Assembly (NCBI GenBank): GCA_016839585.1
Contig: JAEOTZ010000058.1
Coordinates: forward strand, 32,001-96,000
DNA: 64,000 nt
DNA from: Promethearchaeota archaeon
GTDB taxonomy: Archaea > Asgardarchaeota > Lokiarchaeia > Sigyniarchaeales > SOKP01
Direction: 5' to 3'
Shown here: positions 9,845-19,339 of the stretch, piece by piece
Layout: each line of letters opens with the position of its first letter
Position numbering within the stretch: position 1 is the first letter of the stretch
Position numbers and translations under genes: made by a program
The notes under the pieces: generated by a model
What the model was told of the DNA's origin: nothing
Seen by the model: the letters and a program-made list of their open reading frames with translations, nothing else
The model's database searches: none

Positions 9845-11044
9845 ATGAATATGTCATCTAAGAGCAATGACCAATTACGTCCATTGATTATTGACATTGG
9901 AAGTAATAGATTTCGCCTTGGATGGGCTGGTGATGACTTTCCTGATATTATTACTCCTAGCGTATATGTCGATATTAATGATTACTTATTTACATCTGAA
10001 GTTATTGATGGATTAGAAGACATTTTTATTGATAAGGAAAATGTTCAGAATCATTTATTCGGAAATGATGCTTTAAAGTATCAAAATATTTTAAAAATTC
10101 ACGAGTTCAAGAAAGTAAATAATTATACTATACTTACCAAATTCTTTTATTATTATTATCAACAATTAGATATATCTGAAGAATATCAATTCAAACAACC
10201 TATTATTATTATTACTCCGTTTTTTATGCCTGAATTGACACAAAACAAATTAAAAGAAATCTTTTTTGATATTTTTGGGTTCCCATCTATTTTGTTTTTA
10301 TCTGAAACTCAGGCAATTCTTTCCACTTTACAAAAAACAAGTGGAGTAGTTTTAAATATGGGGGAATCAAATACGTATATTTCAACAATTTTTCATGGAT
10401 TTACAAATGTAATGGCGAGGGATATTTTTCCAATTTCAGGCAAAGATTTAACAAATCATCTTCTTAACATGATTTTAACAAAAAAGAGTTCTAAAATTAC
10501 CATTTATCTTGATTATATGACAGCTAAAGAGATTAAAGAAAGATTATCATTATGTGTTCTTGATCCGATTGGAGAGATGAAGCGAGTAAAATCTGGATTG
10601 GCAATGTATAATAGAAATGTTAACTTACCAGATGGTTCCAATATAGAGATAAATTTAGAAAGGTTTATGCTTATTGAACCCATATTTGATCCAACATTAA
10701 TTCATATAGATTATATTGGTTTGGGAGAAACAGTATCAAAAGTCATAAAAACATGGGATCGGGAGAATTGGGAAGAGCTAGTGCCAAATATCATTCTCTC
10801 CGGAGGAGGAAGTCTGGTTCCTGGATTAGATAAAAGATTAGAATTAGACCTGTCAAATTATTTTTCAACTAAAATAAGAGATAAGATTAAAGTAACAGCA
10901 GCTTCTGGTAGAGAAAATATGGGCTGGATTGGGGGGAGTATTTTATATTCTCAAGGGAAATTAAAAAAGGGATGGGATGATAATCCAACGTTTAAAACAT
11001 TAAAAGGACAAAATTTAGAAAATAATAATCAAAATCCAAATTAG
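9845..11044 (+). CDS. actin-related protein (divergent Asgard actin homolog)
   Basis: Phosphate-1 IIDIGSNRFRLGWAGDDFP, phosphate-2 GVVLNMGESNT, adenosine motif IILSGGGSLVPG, C-terminal WIGGSIL. Confidence 0.92.
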   Translation: MNMSSKSNDQLRPLIIDIGSNRFRLGWAGDDFPDIITPSVYVDINDYLFTSEVIDGLEDIFIDKENVQNHLFGNDALKYQNILKIHEFKKVNNYTILTKFFYYYYQQLDISEEYQFKQPIIIITPFFMPELTQNKLKEIFFDIFGFPSILFLSETQAILSTLQKTSGVVLNMGESNTYISTIFHGFTNVMARDIFPISGKDLTNHLLNMILTKKSSKITIYLDYMTAKEIKERLSLCVLDPIGEMKRVKSGLAMYNRNVNLPDGSNIEINLERFMLIEPIFDPTLIHIDYIGLGETVSKVIKTWDRENWEELVPNIILSGGGSLVPGLDKRLELDLSNYFSTKIRDKIKVTAASGRENMGWIGGSILYSQGKLKKGWDDNPTFKTLKGQNLENNNQNPN

Positions 11045-11069
11045 AAATAAAAAACTAAAAATTATATAT

Positions 11070-13655
11070 ATGTCTGTTAGTTTAATTGTCAAAAAAGAAT
11101 TTTTAGAGAATTTTCAAAAGAATATTATCCAAGGACGCAGGTTACTTCAATCAGCGAATCATGTGTGGGCTGATCGTTTATTAACTGATTTATATTTTGA
11201 AATCGAAAAGACAGAATGGTTAGATATTCAAAAAAAGCATCAGTTGATAATGGTAATATCAAATTCATGGTGGATATACTTAAATTCACTTACAAAGAGA
11301 GATGAGGAACAGGTTGATATTGATTTAATAAGATATATTGATGCTTATAAAAGATTTTTCTCATTTTTATCTAAACTGAATGATTTTTACTTATTTGATA
11401 GCTTTTGCACAAACTTACTTAAGACATTTATCAATTTGGAGGAGGTATCTCAAGTAGGAATAACCAAATTCATTAATTCTTTTTCAATAAAGTTAAAAGA
11501 AAGAGAAGAATATCTCAAATTAATAGAATTACAGATTTTATTGATGTTTTTAAGAAAATCTGTTATCCCTTCTGAATATTTCCACTTAAGCATGGAAATT
11601 TTAGGTCGAATATTATTTAAACTAGAACCAGCAAAAAGACCTTTATTTTTATATTTCTTTTTAGAAAATATCTGTTTAAAATATCAACTTATGGAGGATT
11701 CAGCTGAATTTGTAAAAATTATAAACAAAATTTTAGTTAATCGCCTTCCAGGATATTTGAAAAATGAATTTAGTAATATAAGTAGGATTTCAATTAATGA
11801 AAGAAGCTTTAATACTATTTTAGTTGACCTTGAAGAGCTTATATATTATTTAAACGATATTGGTGAATATCTGTGGATCATGATAATTATAAGAAATATA
11901 TTTTACAAAATTCAAGAATATCAGTCATTTGGAGATGCTGTCACTTATATTCGAAAATATATTGATTTTTCAATAAATAGAAACCGATTTGAAATTGCTT
12001 ATGAAATATATGATTTTTTAGAAGATTTATTTATGTTTCAAACAGATCTTTCTTATGATAACATATTAATTGAGCTTTGGGTTGAAGCTTGTAAAAAATT
12101 CGTTGATATGAAAGAAAAAAGATATTTACTTCAGTCTTTAGAAAAATTGAATACTCATTTAAAGATGCCTCAAACAAGTGCTCAAATTTTTCATTATTTC
12201 TATACATGTAATCTACTTTGGAAATTTAAATCAATATTCTTTTCTTTAGAACAACGCGATTTCTGGAGAATGATGTTCTATCGAGCATTATTTGAAGAAA
12301 AAAATTATGATCTAGCTCAAAAAATTCTCCTTCATTTAGATGAAAAATTTATTAAAATTATCACCAATTTAAATACATTGTATAATGAGTCTGAACCTTT
12401 AAAAAATCAGATCTATTCATTTGAAGATGAAATTACTCCAATATACCTACAAGATTTTGTTATAAAACAGATAATCATAAGAATAAACTCTAAAGGTATT
12501 ATTAGTTATCGAATGATATCATTAGATAATCAAATTGTTGAGGGATCAATAGTTACCGAATTTTGGAATGATACTCAAATTCTCGAAATATTTAATGAAC
12601 TGTTTTCTGAATCAGAACATAAGAAATATTTTTTTGATTTCACAGAATACGGTCAGTTGTTTTATATTTTTTTACCTAAATTAGTTAGAGATTTTTTTAA
12701 ATCGTTCAAAATTGAAAGTTTGAATTTAGTACCTCAGATATACTTTATATTGGATAATATGACTATTCCTTTTGATTTAATATATGATAATAATTTTTTC
12801 TTGTTAAAATATTCAACAGGTTATAAAATTGGCGAAGCACCTTTAGGTGGTATTGCTTTTGAACAAATTAGTCAAGAAGAGCCAGAATCTGAACCCTCTC
12901 AAAATATTTGTAATGTATTAATTATTGAAGCTATAAATTCAACGGGTCCAAAAAGATGGAATGAAGATATTAAAAATAAGGAACTGATTTTTCCATTTCC
13001 AGCCGGAGCCAATGAACTAAACTATATAATAAATTTTCTTAATGAGAGAGATGAAGTAAATCAAATAACTCATTTAATTGGAGCAGTTTCAACTCGGGAA
13101 ACAATTCTCTCGCATATATCTGATGGAGCATATCATATCATAATTTTTGTTGGAAACATATTTTATTCTAAATGGAGCCCAAATGATAGTTTTTTCATAA
13201 CTAATGATGGCAATATCATAACAATAAACGAGATTAATAAACTTATAAACCAAAATAAAGCAAATTTACAACCTTTTTTATTTTTTAATGTTCAAATCTA
13301 TAATGTTGAGGGAAAAAAATTAAGAAATGTTTTAAGGAAATTAGGTGAAATTGTAGCTCAATTTGATTATGATAGGATTACAGGTATTATCTCTCGTAAT
13401 TACCCTATTTTTAATGATGAAGCAAATGAGATTATAGCAAATTTTTTCACTTATTTATTTCAAGGGGATAGTCAAGGAATAGCCCTTCTTACAGCACGGC
13501 AACAATGCATCTCTGAAAAAATGATTAAACTAGTTGAAAAACAGTTTAAAGATCTAACAACAGATGATGGAAGTAAACATATTGATTTAGAAAGTAGTTT
13601 AGCTTTATCCAGTTACATCTTGTTTGGAAAGCCATGGAAAAAATTAGTATTTTAA
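11070..13655 (+). CDS. helical-repeat protein with C-terminal degenerate CHAT (caspase-like) domain
   Basis: IPFDLIYD, HIIIFVGN (cf. HFAGHG), FLFFNVQ (cf. VFLNAC), GIALLTARQ, SYILFGKP. Confidence 0.7.
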   Translation: MSVSLIVKKEFLENFQKNIIQGRRLLQSANHVWADRLLTDLYFEIEKTEWLDIQKKHQLIMVISNSWWIYLNSLTKRDEEQVDIDLIRYIDAYKRFFSFLSKLNDFYLFDSFCTNLLKTFINLEEVSQVGITKFINSFSIKLKEREEYLKLIELQILLMFLRKSVIPSEYFHLSMEILGRILFKLEPAKRPLFLYFFLENICLKYQLMEDSAEFVKIINKILVNRLPGYLKNEFSNISRISINERSFNTILVDLEELIYYLNDIGEYLWIMIIIRNIFYKIQEYQSFGDAVTYIRKYIDFSINRNRFEIAYEIYDFLEDLFMFQTDLSYDNILIELWVEACKKFVDMKEKRYLLQSLEKLNTHLKMPQTSAQIFHYFYTCNLLWKFKSIFFSLEQRDFWRMMFYRALFEEKNYDLAQKILLHLDEKFIKIITNLNTLYNESEPLKNQIYSFEDEITPIYLQDFVIKQIIIRINSKGIISYRMISLDNQIVEGSIVTEFWNDTQILEIFNELFSESEHKKYFFDFTEYGQLFYIFLPKLVRDFFKSFKIESLNLVPQIYFILDNMTIPFDLIYDNNFFLLKYSTGYKIGEAPLGGIAFEQISQEEPESEPSQNICNVLIIEAINSTGPKRWNEDIKNKELIFPFPAGANELNYIINFLNERDEVNQITHLIGAVSTRETILSHISDGAYHIIIFVGNIFYSKWSPNDSFFITNDGNIITINEINKLINQNKANLQPFLFFNVQIYNVEGKKLRNVLRKLGEIVAQFDYDRITGIISRNYPIFNDEANEIIANFFTYLFQGDSQGIALLTARQQCISEKMIKLVEKQFKDLTTDDGSKHIDLESSLALSSYILFGKPWKKLVF

Positions 13656-13755
13656 ATCATTATTTACTTTAAGAGAGTAGCACACTAACAAATATTTATA
13701 TAAATTTAATTTAGATTATTTATTTATAACAATAAATAAAAATAAGTGGATTCAT

Positions 13756-14295
13756 ATGTCCGACAGATTAACAGAACTTAGAATTAAAAATAAATCACTT
13801 AAAGACCAAGTGCTAAGCTTAGAAGAGAAAGTTTTATCATTAGTAGGAATGATTAGCTTAGAAACCTCAGGAGGCCCAAATAAGAAAAATGTGCTAAATG
13901 ATCAACTAATTAATTTAATTCAAGAAACAAAAGAACAACTAAATATTGTGTCTCCTAAAATTGATAAATTATATACAACAGAGTTAAAGAAAGTTGTGAA
14001 AAGAGGTATACCTGTATTAATAATAACTAATGATAGAGGAGGAATTCCACAAGAATATCATGAATTTTATGATGAGCTTAAAGTCACACCCGGAATAAAC
14101 GTAATAAATAATCCAAATGTGAAATACTTATTAGTATTTAATACAGAATTGGCTATTTATGCAGGAGGGTCCTTGGATAAAGAAGAGTTAGAAAGATCAA
14201 TTTTAATTGTTACAATGGTAAAGGAAACATCAAAGTTAAGACAAATTGCTGAAATTTTTAGTCTAATGCTCCCTTCATTCATGAGAGGCAAATAA
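13756..14295 (+). CDS. coiled-coil + degenerate PLD-like (TrmB C-terminal-like) domain protein
   Basis: LIQETKEQLNIVSPKI, KRGIPVLIIT and AIYAGGSLD fit the PLD fold; HxK motif absent. Confidence 0.6.
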   Translation: MSDRLTELRIKNKSLKDQVLSLEEKVLSLVGMISLETSGGPNKKNVLNDQLINLIQETKEQLNIVSPKIDKLYTTELKKVVKRGIPVLIITNDRGGIPQEYHEFYDELKVTPGINVINNPNVKYLLVFNTELAIYAGGSLDKEELERSILIVTMVKETSKLRQIAEIFSLMLPSFMRGK

Positions 14296-14356
14296 TTCTA
14301 ACTTTTTTTAATATGATATTTCCTTTTAATTTTAATTGAAGAAAAGGTCAACTTTT

Positions 14357-14518
14357 ATGAATAAAGCTTTGAATGAAAAATCTCAAGTTGTTTTGAAACA
14401 TAACAATATAAAAGAAAATAAGGACAAATCAAAAAGAGTAAAAATTATTGTTGATGAAAATTCTGAATTCGATTGGGATTGGATTTTTGATAGAGAATGG
14501 TTGAGGACAAAAAAATAA
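14357..14518 (+). CDS. small hypothetical protein
   Basis: MNKALNEK...FDWDWIFDREWLRTKK; overlaps methylase start. Confidence 0.35.
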   Translation: MNKALNEKSQVVLKHNNIKENKDKSKRVKIIVDENSEFDWDWIFDREWLRTKK

Positions 14519-16692
14519 TTAACTCTAAAGTCATTTTAAACGCTTTTGGATTAAATTCTAGTATTTTTAAAGATTCTTTGAATTTCCTTGAAAAAGAAGC
14601 AGAAATTAATGAAGAAAAATTCCAAAAAAAATTAAAGGTATGGGAATCACTCTTTAAGAGCTTTTATGGAGAAGAAACAGATTCTAAATTATTTATAAAT
14701 CATTCCTATTTTGCTTTAATTTTAAAAATTTTAATTTTGAGTAAATTATGTATCATTCAGAATAAGAATACAGAAGAGATTTACCAATTTATAAAATCTA
14801 ATAACTTTGATGCCTTAAATATTTTTGAGTTTGAATATTTCAACTGGACTCATTTTAATCGATTAATATTTAAAAAAATCTATCATATAATTGAAAAGAC
14901 CAGTTTTGCACGACAAGATTTATTTCAAAGTCTCTATCAACAAATATTTTTAACGCTAATAAGGCATAAAATAGGAGAATTCTATACGTTTCCTAATCTT
15001 GTTAAGAAAATGGTTGATGATTTTTATGAATTTGGGTTAAAAATATTGGATCCATCCTGTGGTTCAGGGAGTTTTCTGATAGATATTGTAATTAGTATTA
15101 TTAATTCGAATAATCCAGATTCCTCAAAAATTGAGGCTATCAATAAAGTCTATGGCTTTGATATAAACCCTTTAGCAACATTAACTGCTAAAGTTAACCT
15201 TTATTTATTATTTTTAGAATATTTTGACTTAAAGAATAATAAATTACCTAAAATTAATATATTTTTATTAGATTCTCTATTTCCTGAACAGTATGAAAAA
15301 AAAATTAATGTAGATATAAAGAAATTATATAATACTTTTGATCTAATTATTGGCAACCCTCCTTGGTTAACTTATAAAGACATACATAGCAAAACCTATC
15401 AAAACAAAATAAGGAGTTTATCAAATAATCTGGGAATTAAACCCCGTAGTCAATATATTACACATATTGAATTAGCAGCCCTATTCTTCTATGCTATTCC
15501 TTTGAAATTCTTAAAAATTAACGGAAAAATATTTTTCGTTATTACTAAAAGTGTTTTAAATGGAGACCATTGCTTTAAATTTAGAGGTTTTTCAATTTTT
15601 AACAATTTAGAAATCTGGGATTTTCCCAAAGATTATTTCTTTAATGTGAACCATGTCTGCTTGAAAGCAAGATATATTAGTAATAATAGTAATATCTCAC
15701 TTTCTGAAAAGTATCCTATTAAAACTAAAATTTTTAATAATAATCTTGAAAATCTAAAAGAAACCTATTATTCAAGCTTGAAAATCGAAAATGATGGTGC
15801 AAAATTATTACTCCCTGAAAAAGAACTAAAAATTATTAGTGAATTATCAAATAGTAAATATAGGAATATGTTTTTCCAAGGAGCTACTTTAGTTCCTCGG
15901 TCATTAGTCTTTTTTCAGATCGAGGGAAAAAAAAATGACTCTCTCGTAATATCTTCAGACCTAGATACGTTATCAAGGGCAAAAAGTAGATGGAAATTTA
16001 CTTTTAAAAATAAAGAAATTGAGAAAATTTTTAGATATAGGACCTTTTTAAATAGAGACCTTGTACCTTTTTGCATAAAAAAATTGAAAAATGTGTTCCT
16101 TCCTATCAATGAGAGTTTTAATTTTGATCAAAAAAATCTTCAGAAATATCCTAAAGCTATGAGTTTCTATAAGGAAATAAACACTCTTTATCAAACGCAT
16201 AAAAAAGAAACTAGTAGCATAAATACTTTATATGAAAATCTAAATTACTGGAATAAATTAAAAAAACAATTCAAATGTAAAAGTTATATTGTTATATACA
16301 ATGCGAGTGGTTCCAATGTTAAAGCAGCTGTTATAAACAATAATAAACAAAGAATTATCATTGGTTCAGAAAATTATTACTATTCAACTGAATCTGAAAA
16401 TGAAGCCTGTTATTTATCAGCTATATTAAATGCTCCTAATTTATCAAAATATATAAAATTAATAAAAAGTTCCAGACATATTCATAAACGACCGTTTATG
16501 TTTCCAATCCCTATATATGATGATAAAAATGAAAACCATAGGTTATTAGCGAAATTAGGGAAAAAATATCATGCTTTTGTTAAAGACCTTGTTGTAAATA
16601 ATCCAAAAATAACTTCAGAAAAAGTTAGAATATTCATTAATCAGAAGTTAATGAAATTAGAACGATTAACTGAAGTTGCTGTTTTTCAATAA
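14497..16692 (+). CDS. N-6 adenine DNA methyltransferase (type IIG-like MTase+TRD, no evident nuclease domain)
   Basis: GEFYT, ILDPSCGSGSF (motif I), IIGNPPW (motif IV), YLSAILNAP in TRD region. Confidence 0.88.
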   Translation: MVEDKKIINSKVILNAFGLNSSIFKDSLNFLEKEAEINEEKFQKKLKVWESLFKSFYGEETDSKLFINHSYFALILKILILSKLCIIQNKNTEEIYQFIKSNNFDALNIFEFEYFNWTHFNRLIFKKIYHIIEKTSFARQDLFQSLYQQIFLTLIRHKIGEFYTFPNLVKKMVDDFYEFGLKILDPSCGSGSFLIDIVISIINSNNPDSSKIEAINKVYGFDINPLATLTAKVNLYLLFLEYFDLKNNKLPKINIFLLDSLFPEQYEKKINVDIKKLYNTFDLIIGNPPWLTYKDIHSKTYQNKIRSLSNNLGIKPRSQYITHIELAALFFYAIPLKFLKINGKIFFVITKSVLNGDHCFKFRGFSIFNNLEIWDFPKDYFFNVNHVCLKARYISNNSNISLSEKYPIKTKIFNNNLENLKETYYSSLKIENDGAKLLLPEKELKIISELSNSKYRNMFFQGATLVPRSLVFFQIEGKKNDSLVISSDLDTLSRAKSRWKFTFKNKEIEKIFRYRTFLNRDLVPFCIKKLKNVFLPINESFNFDQKNLQKYPKAMSFYKEINTLYQTHKKETSSINTLYENLNYWNKLKKQFKCKSYIVIYNASGSNVKAAVINNNKQRIIIGSENYYYSTESENEACYLSAILNAPNLSKYIKLIKSSRHIHKRPFMFPIPIYDDKNENHRLLAKLGKKYHAFVKDLVVNNPKITSEKVRIFINQKLMKLERLTEVAVFQ

Positions 16693-16852
16693 AAAATGTA
16701 TATCGAGTTACAAATTATATAAAAAAAAATGGTAGATTTTTAAAAAAAAAATACAATATTCAATAACATTTTATTAGAAAGGTTTTTCTTTAAAGAAATA
16801 TTTTCTTTATTGAAAAAGTGTGATAATACGATAAATGTAATTGTGAAATAAA

Positions 16853-18001
16853 CTGAAATTTGAAGATTTAGGTATTAATAAAAAAAATATTAGCGTTCTA
16901 AAAAGTTTAAATATAAACTCACCTACCCCTGTCCAGAATAAAGCAATTCCTTTAATTCTGAAGGGCCAAAATATTATGGCTCAGGCAAAGACGGGAAGTG
17001 GTAAGACTTTAGCATTTGTTCTTCCAATTTTTGAGCGCTTAGAAGGTATTAGAAATGAGGTACTTATTTTAGCACCCACAAGAGAACTTGCGAAACAAGT
17101 CAACCAAGTAATTAAAGATTTAGGGAATTCAATTATAAAGTCTATGACTATATATGGGGGTGTTTCAATTAATAATCAGATAAGAAAATTGGATCTGGGA
17201 GTTCACATAATAGTTGGTACACCTGGTCGAATTATCGATCTCTATAAAAGGAAGAACTTAAAATTTAATAATATAAGATTTGTTGTAGTTGATGAAGCTG
17301 ATAGATTGTTTGATATGGGATTTGCTCCTGATGTCAAATATATTTTAGATCAAATCAAAACCAACTACCAATTTCTACTATTTTCTGCGACGCTTCATAA
17401 TAATATTAGAGAATTAGTGAAGAAGTATTCTAAAAATAAATTTCAATTCATTAATTTAAGTAGAGATAATTTAACTGTAAGTAACACTAAACAATTTTAT
17501 TATTTGATTGATCGATTTGAAGAAAAATTTAAAACTTTCCTGAAGATATTAAGAAGAGAAAAACCAAAGCATACTTTAGTATTCGTTAATACAAAAAAAA
17601 CTGCAGATTGGCTAAATAGACGGTTAAAATCAACTCATAATTTTTATTATAAAGTGGATATTATTTCAGGAAATTTATCTCAACATCAACGAGAAAAAAT
17701 CTTAAATTCCTTTAGAAATCATAAAATTAATATGCTCATAGCTACAGATGTTGCCTCAAGAGGTTTGGATATTGAAAATATCTCACATGTAATAAATTAT
17801 GATGTTCCTAAATATCCAGACGTTTATGTTCATCGAATTGGGCGAACTTCACGAATGAATAAACGTGGTGTTGCTATTACATTATGTTTAAAAGATGAGT
17901 ATGAATATTTATGCCATATTGAAGGTCTAATTGATAAAGAAATTAGGCAAAAAACATTACAATATCAGGAACAAGAAAGATATCATAATCCTTTTTATTA
18001 A
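16853..18001 (+). CDS. DEAD-box RNA helicase (probable CTG start)
   Basis: Q motif (KFEDLGI..PTPVQNKAIP) lies in frame upstream of the ATG at 16976; AKTGSGKT, PTRELA, DEAD, SAT, HRIGRTSR. Confidence 0.92.
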   Translation: MKFEDLGINKKNISVLKSLNINSPTPVQNKAIPLILKGQNIMAQAKTGSGKTLAFVLPIFERLEGIRNEVLILAPTRELAKQVNQVIKDLGNSIIKSMTIYGGVSINNQIRKLDLGVHIIVGTPGRIIDLYKRKNLKFNNIRFVVVDEADRLFDMGFAPDVKYILDQIKTNYQFLLFSATLHNNIRELVKKYSKNKFQFINLSRDNLTVSNTKQFYYLIDRFEEKFKTFLKILRREKPKHTLVFVNTKKTADWLNRRLKSTHNFYYKVDIISGNLSQHQREKILNSFRNHKINMLIATDVASRGLDIENISHVINYDVPKYPDVYVHRIGRTSRMNKRGVAITLCLKDEYEYLCHIEGLIDKEIRQKTLQYQEQERYHNPFY

Positions 18002-18056
18002 AAACTAGCTTTAGCATGTAATATTTGGATATTAAAGCTAAATACATTTTTGAAAA

Positions 18057-18497
18057 ATGAGATTAAAAAGTTGGAGACCTATTATCTTAAAAGACTTCCG
18101 TTTGCGGGTAATAAGGGAGAATTTAAGAACTCTTATTAGCTTAGCTGTGGATGCAGAGATTAGTCGATTGAATGAAAAAGAAGATTTATACAGACAAAGA
18201 CGTATTAATCATAGACAGACTCCCTCTCAGTGGAGAAGGGAATTGTCTATTTATGATAAGAAGGAGAGCATTATGAAGACACTAAATAGCTCAATATTGA
18301 GATGCTCCGAAGGTTCGACTTGCAAATCTAGGGAGATAATGCCCTTAACTCAGGATATTTTGACTTTAGATAAAGATATGGTATGGAATCCTCTCCTTAG
18401 ACATTGGATCTGCATAAATTGTTATAATTTTTACTATAAATCAGAATCAGCGAAGAGAAGATTGGAGGAATTCCTTAAGCAAGATGATCTTCAATGA
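18057..18497 (+). CDS. hypothetical Zn-ribbon protein
   Basis: RCSEGSTC...DMVWNPLLRHWICINCY. Confidence 0.7.
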   Translation: MRLKSWRPIILKDFRLRVIRENLRTLISLAVDAEISRLNEKEDLYRQRRINHRQTPSQWRRELSIYDKKESIMKTLNSSILRCSEGSTCKSREIMPLTQDILTLDKDMVWNPLLRHWICINCYNFYYKSESAKRRLEEFLKQDDLQ

Positions 18498-18637
18498 AAT
18501 TTATAATGAAAAAAACCAAAGTTTTTTGGAAAAGATATTTTTATATAAAATAAGTTTTATACTACTATTATTAGGTTTATGTTAAAAAATGGAAATAAAA
18601 AGTGGAAATTTAGTTATGAATCATTTAATTATAAAGC

Positions 18638-18645
18638 GAGGAGGT
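18638..18645 (+). promoter_or_regulatory. Shine-Dalgarno site for the GTPase GTG start
   Basis: GAGGAGGT 9 nt upstream of GTG at 18655. Confidence 0.7.
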
Positions 18646-18654
18646 TGGTAAGAA

Positions 18655-19299
18655 GTGCCCTCACGTAGAGGAGATGGGACTCTCGTCTTTAAAATTTGTT
18701 TTTATGGACCTTCACTCGGAGGAAAGACAACCGCATTGGAATGGGTCTACAACAAGGAAGGACTTGCTTCAGGTGATTTTAGCTCTCGAATCGAGATTTA
18801 GTACCAGATGCAGCAAATCCAAGATCCTACCGGCAGAACCCTATTTTTTGATCGTGTTGTGGCTCGTGTGAGCAATGTTGTATTCCAAGTATACACCGTT
18901 GCTGGCCAGAGACGTCATAAATTTCAACGCCAAACGGTTTTGAAAGGCACAGACGCTTGTATATTTACATGGGATAGCTTAATAGATCAGTGGCAAGAGA
19001 ATGTGTGGTCTTTAAAGGAATTAATGAGATTCTATGGAGATAAACTAATTCCAACTGGACCTGCTGAACCCCCGGCTGTCCCGCTTGTTGTATTGGCTAA
19101 TAAACGTGATTTAGAGGATATTGTTGAGATAGCTAAAATACGTCAAGTATTTGATACAGCTAAATTAAATCATACACTTATTTATGAAACGATAGCCATC
19201 ACAGGGATAAATGTTAAAAGAGCTTTTGTATATGGAGCTCGACAAGCAGTACTTAATCACTACAAGAAATTATCAGGTAAGTCAATGGAAGCTGCTTAA
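18655..19299 (+). CDS. MglA-like small GTPase, split by a putative intron; exons 18655-18777 and 18808-19299 (204 aa spliced)
   Basis: G1 YGPSLGGKTT, G2 GRTLFFD, G3 TVAGQ, G4 NKRD; both halves in the same frame with TAG at 18799-18801 between them. Confidence 0.9.
18778..18807 (+). other. putative 30-nt bulge-helix-bulge (tRNA-endonuclease-type) mRNA intron
   Basis: 4-bp helix GGUG(18772-75)/UACC(18802-05) flanked by 3-nt bulges AUU(18776-78) and AGA(18806-08), plus inner and outer stems; excision is in frame and removes the stop. Confidence 0.85.
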
Positions 19300-19339
19300 A
19301 GTTTACTAACTTATTTTTAAATTACTTGTTATTAGATTT

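Noticed and set aside
18799-18801. Pyrrolysine or readthrough of the TAG in the GTPase
   Set aside because: Would leave a 10-aa insert before switch I and does not explain the exact BHB geometry; not formally excluded
18773-18807. Spliceosomal-looking GT...AG intron (CAG|GTGATT...TACCAG|)
   Set aside because: Removal of 35 nt (or 29 nt to the earlier AG) shifts the frame; only the 30-nt BHB excision restores the GTPase
18674-18871. 65-aa ORF in the track
   Set aside because: Alternate-frame shadow over GTPase exon 1, which carries the P-loop
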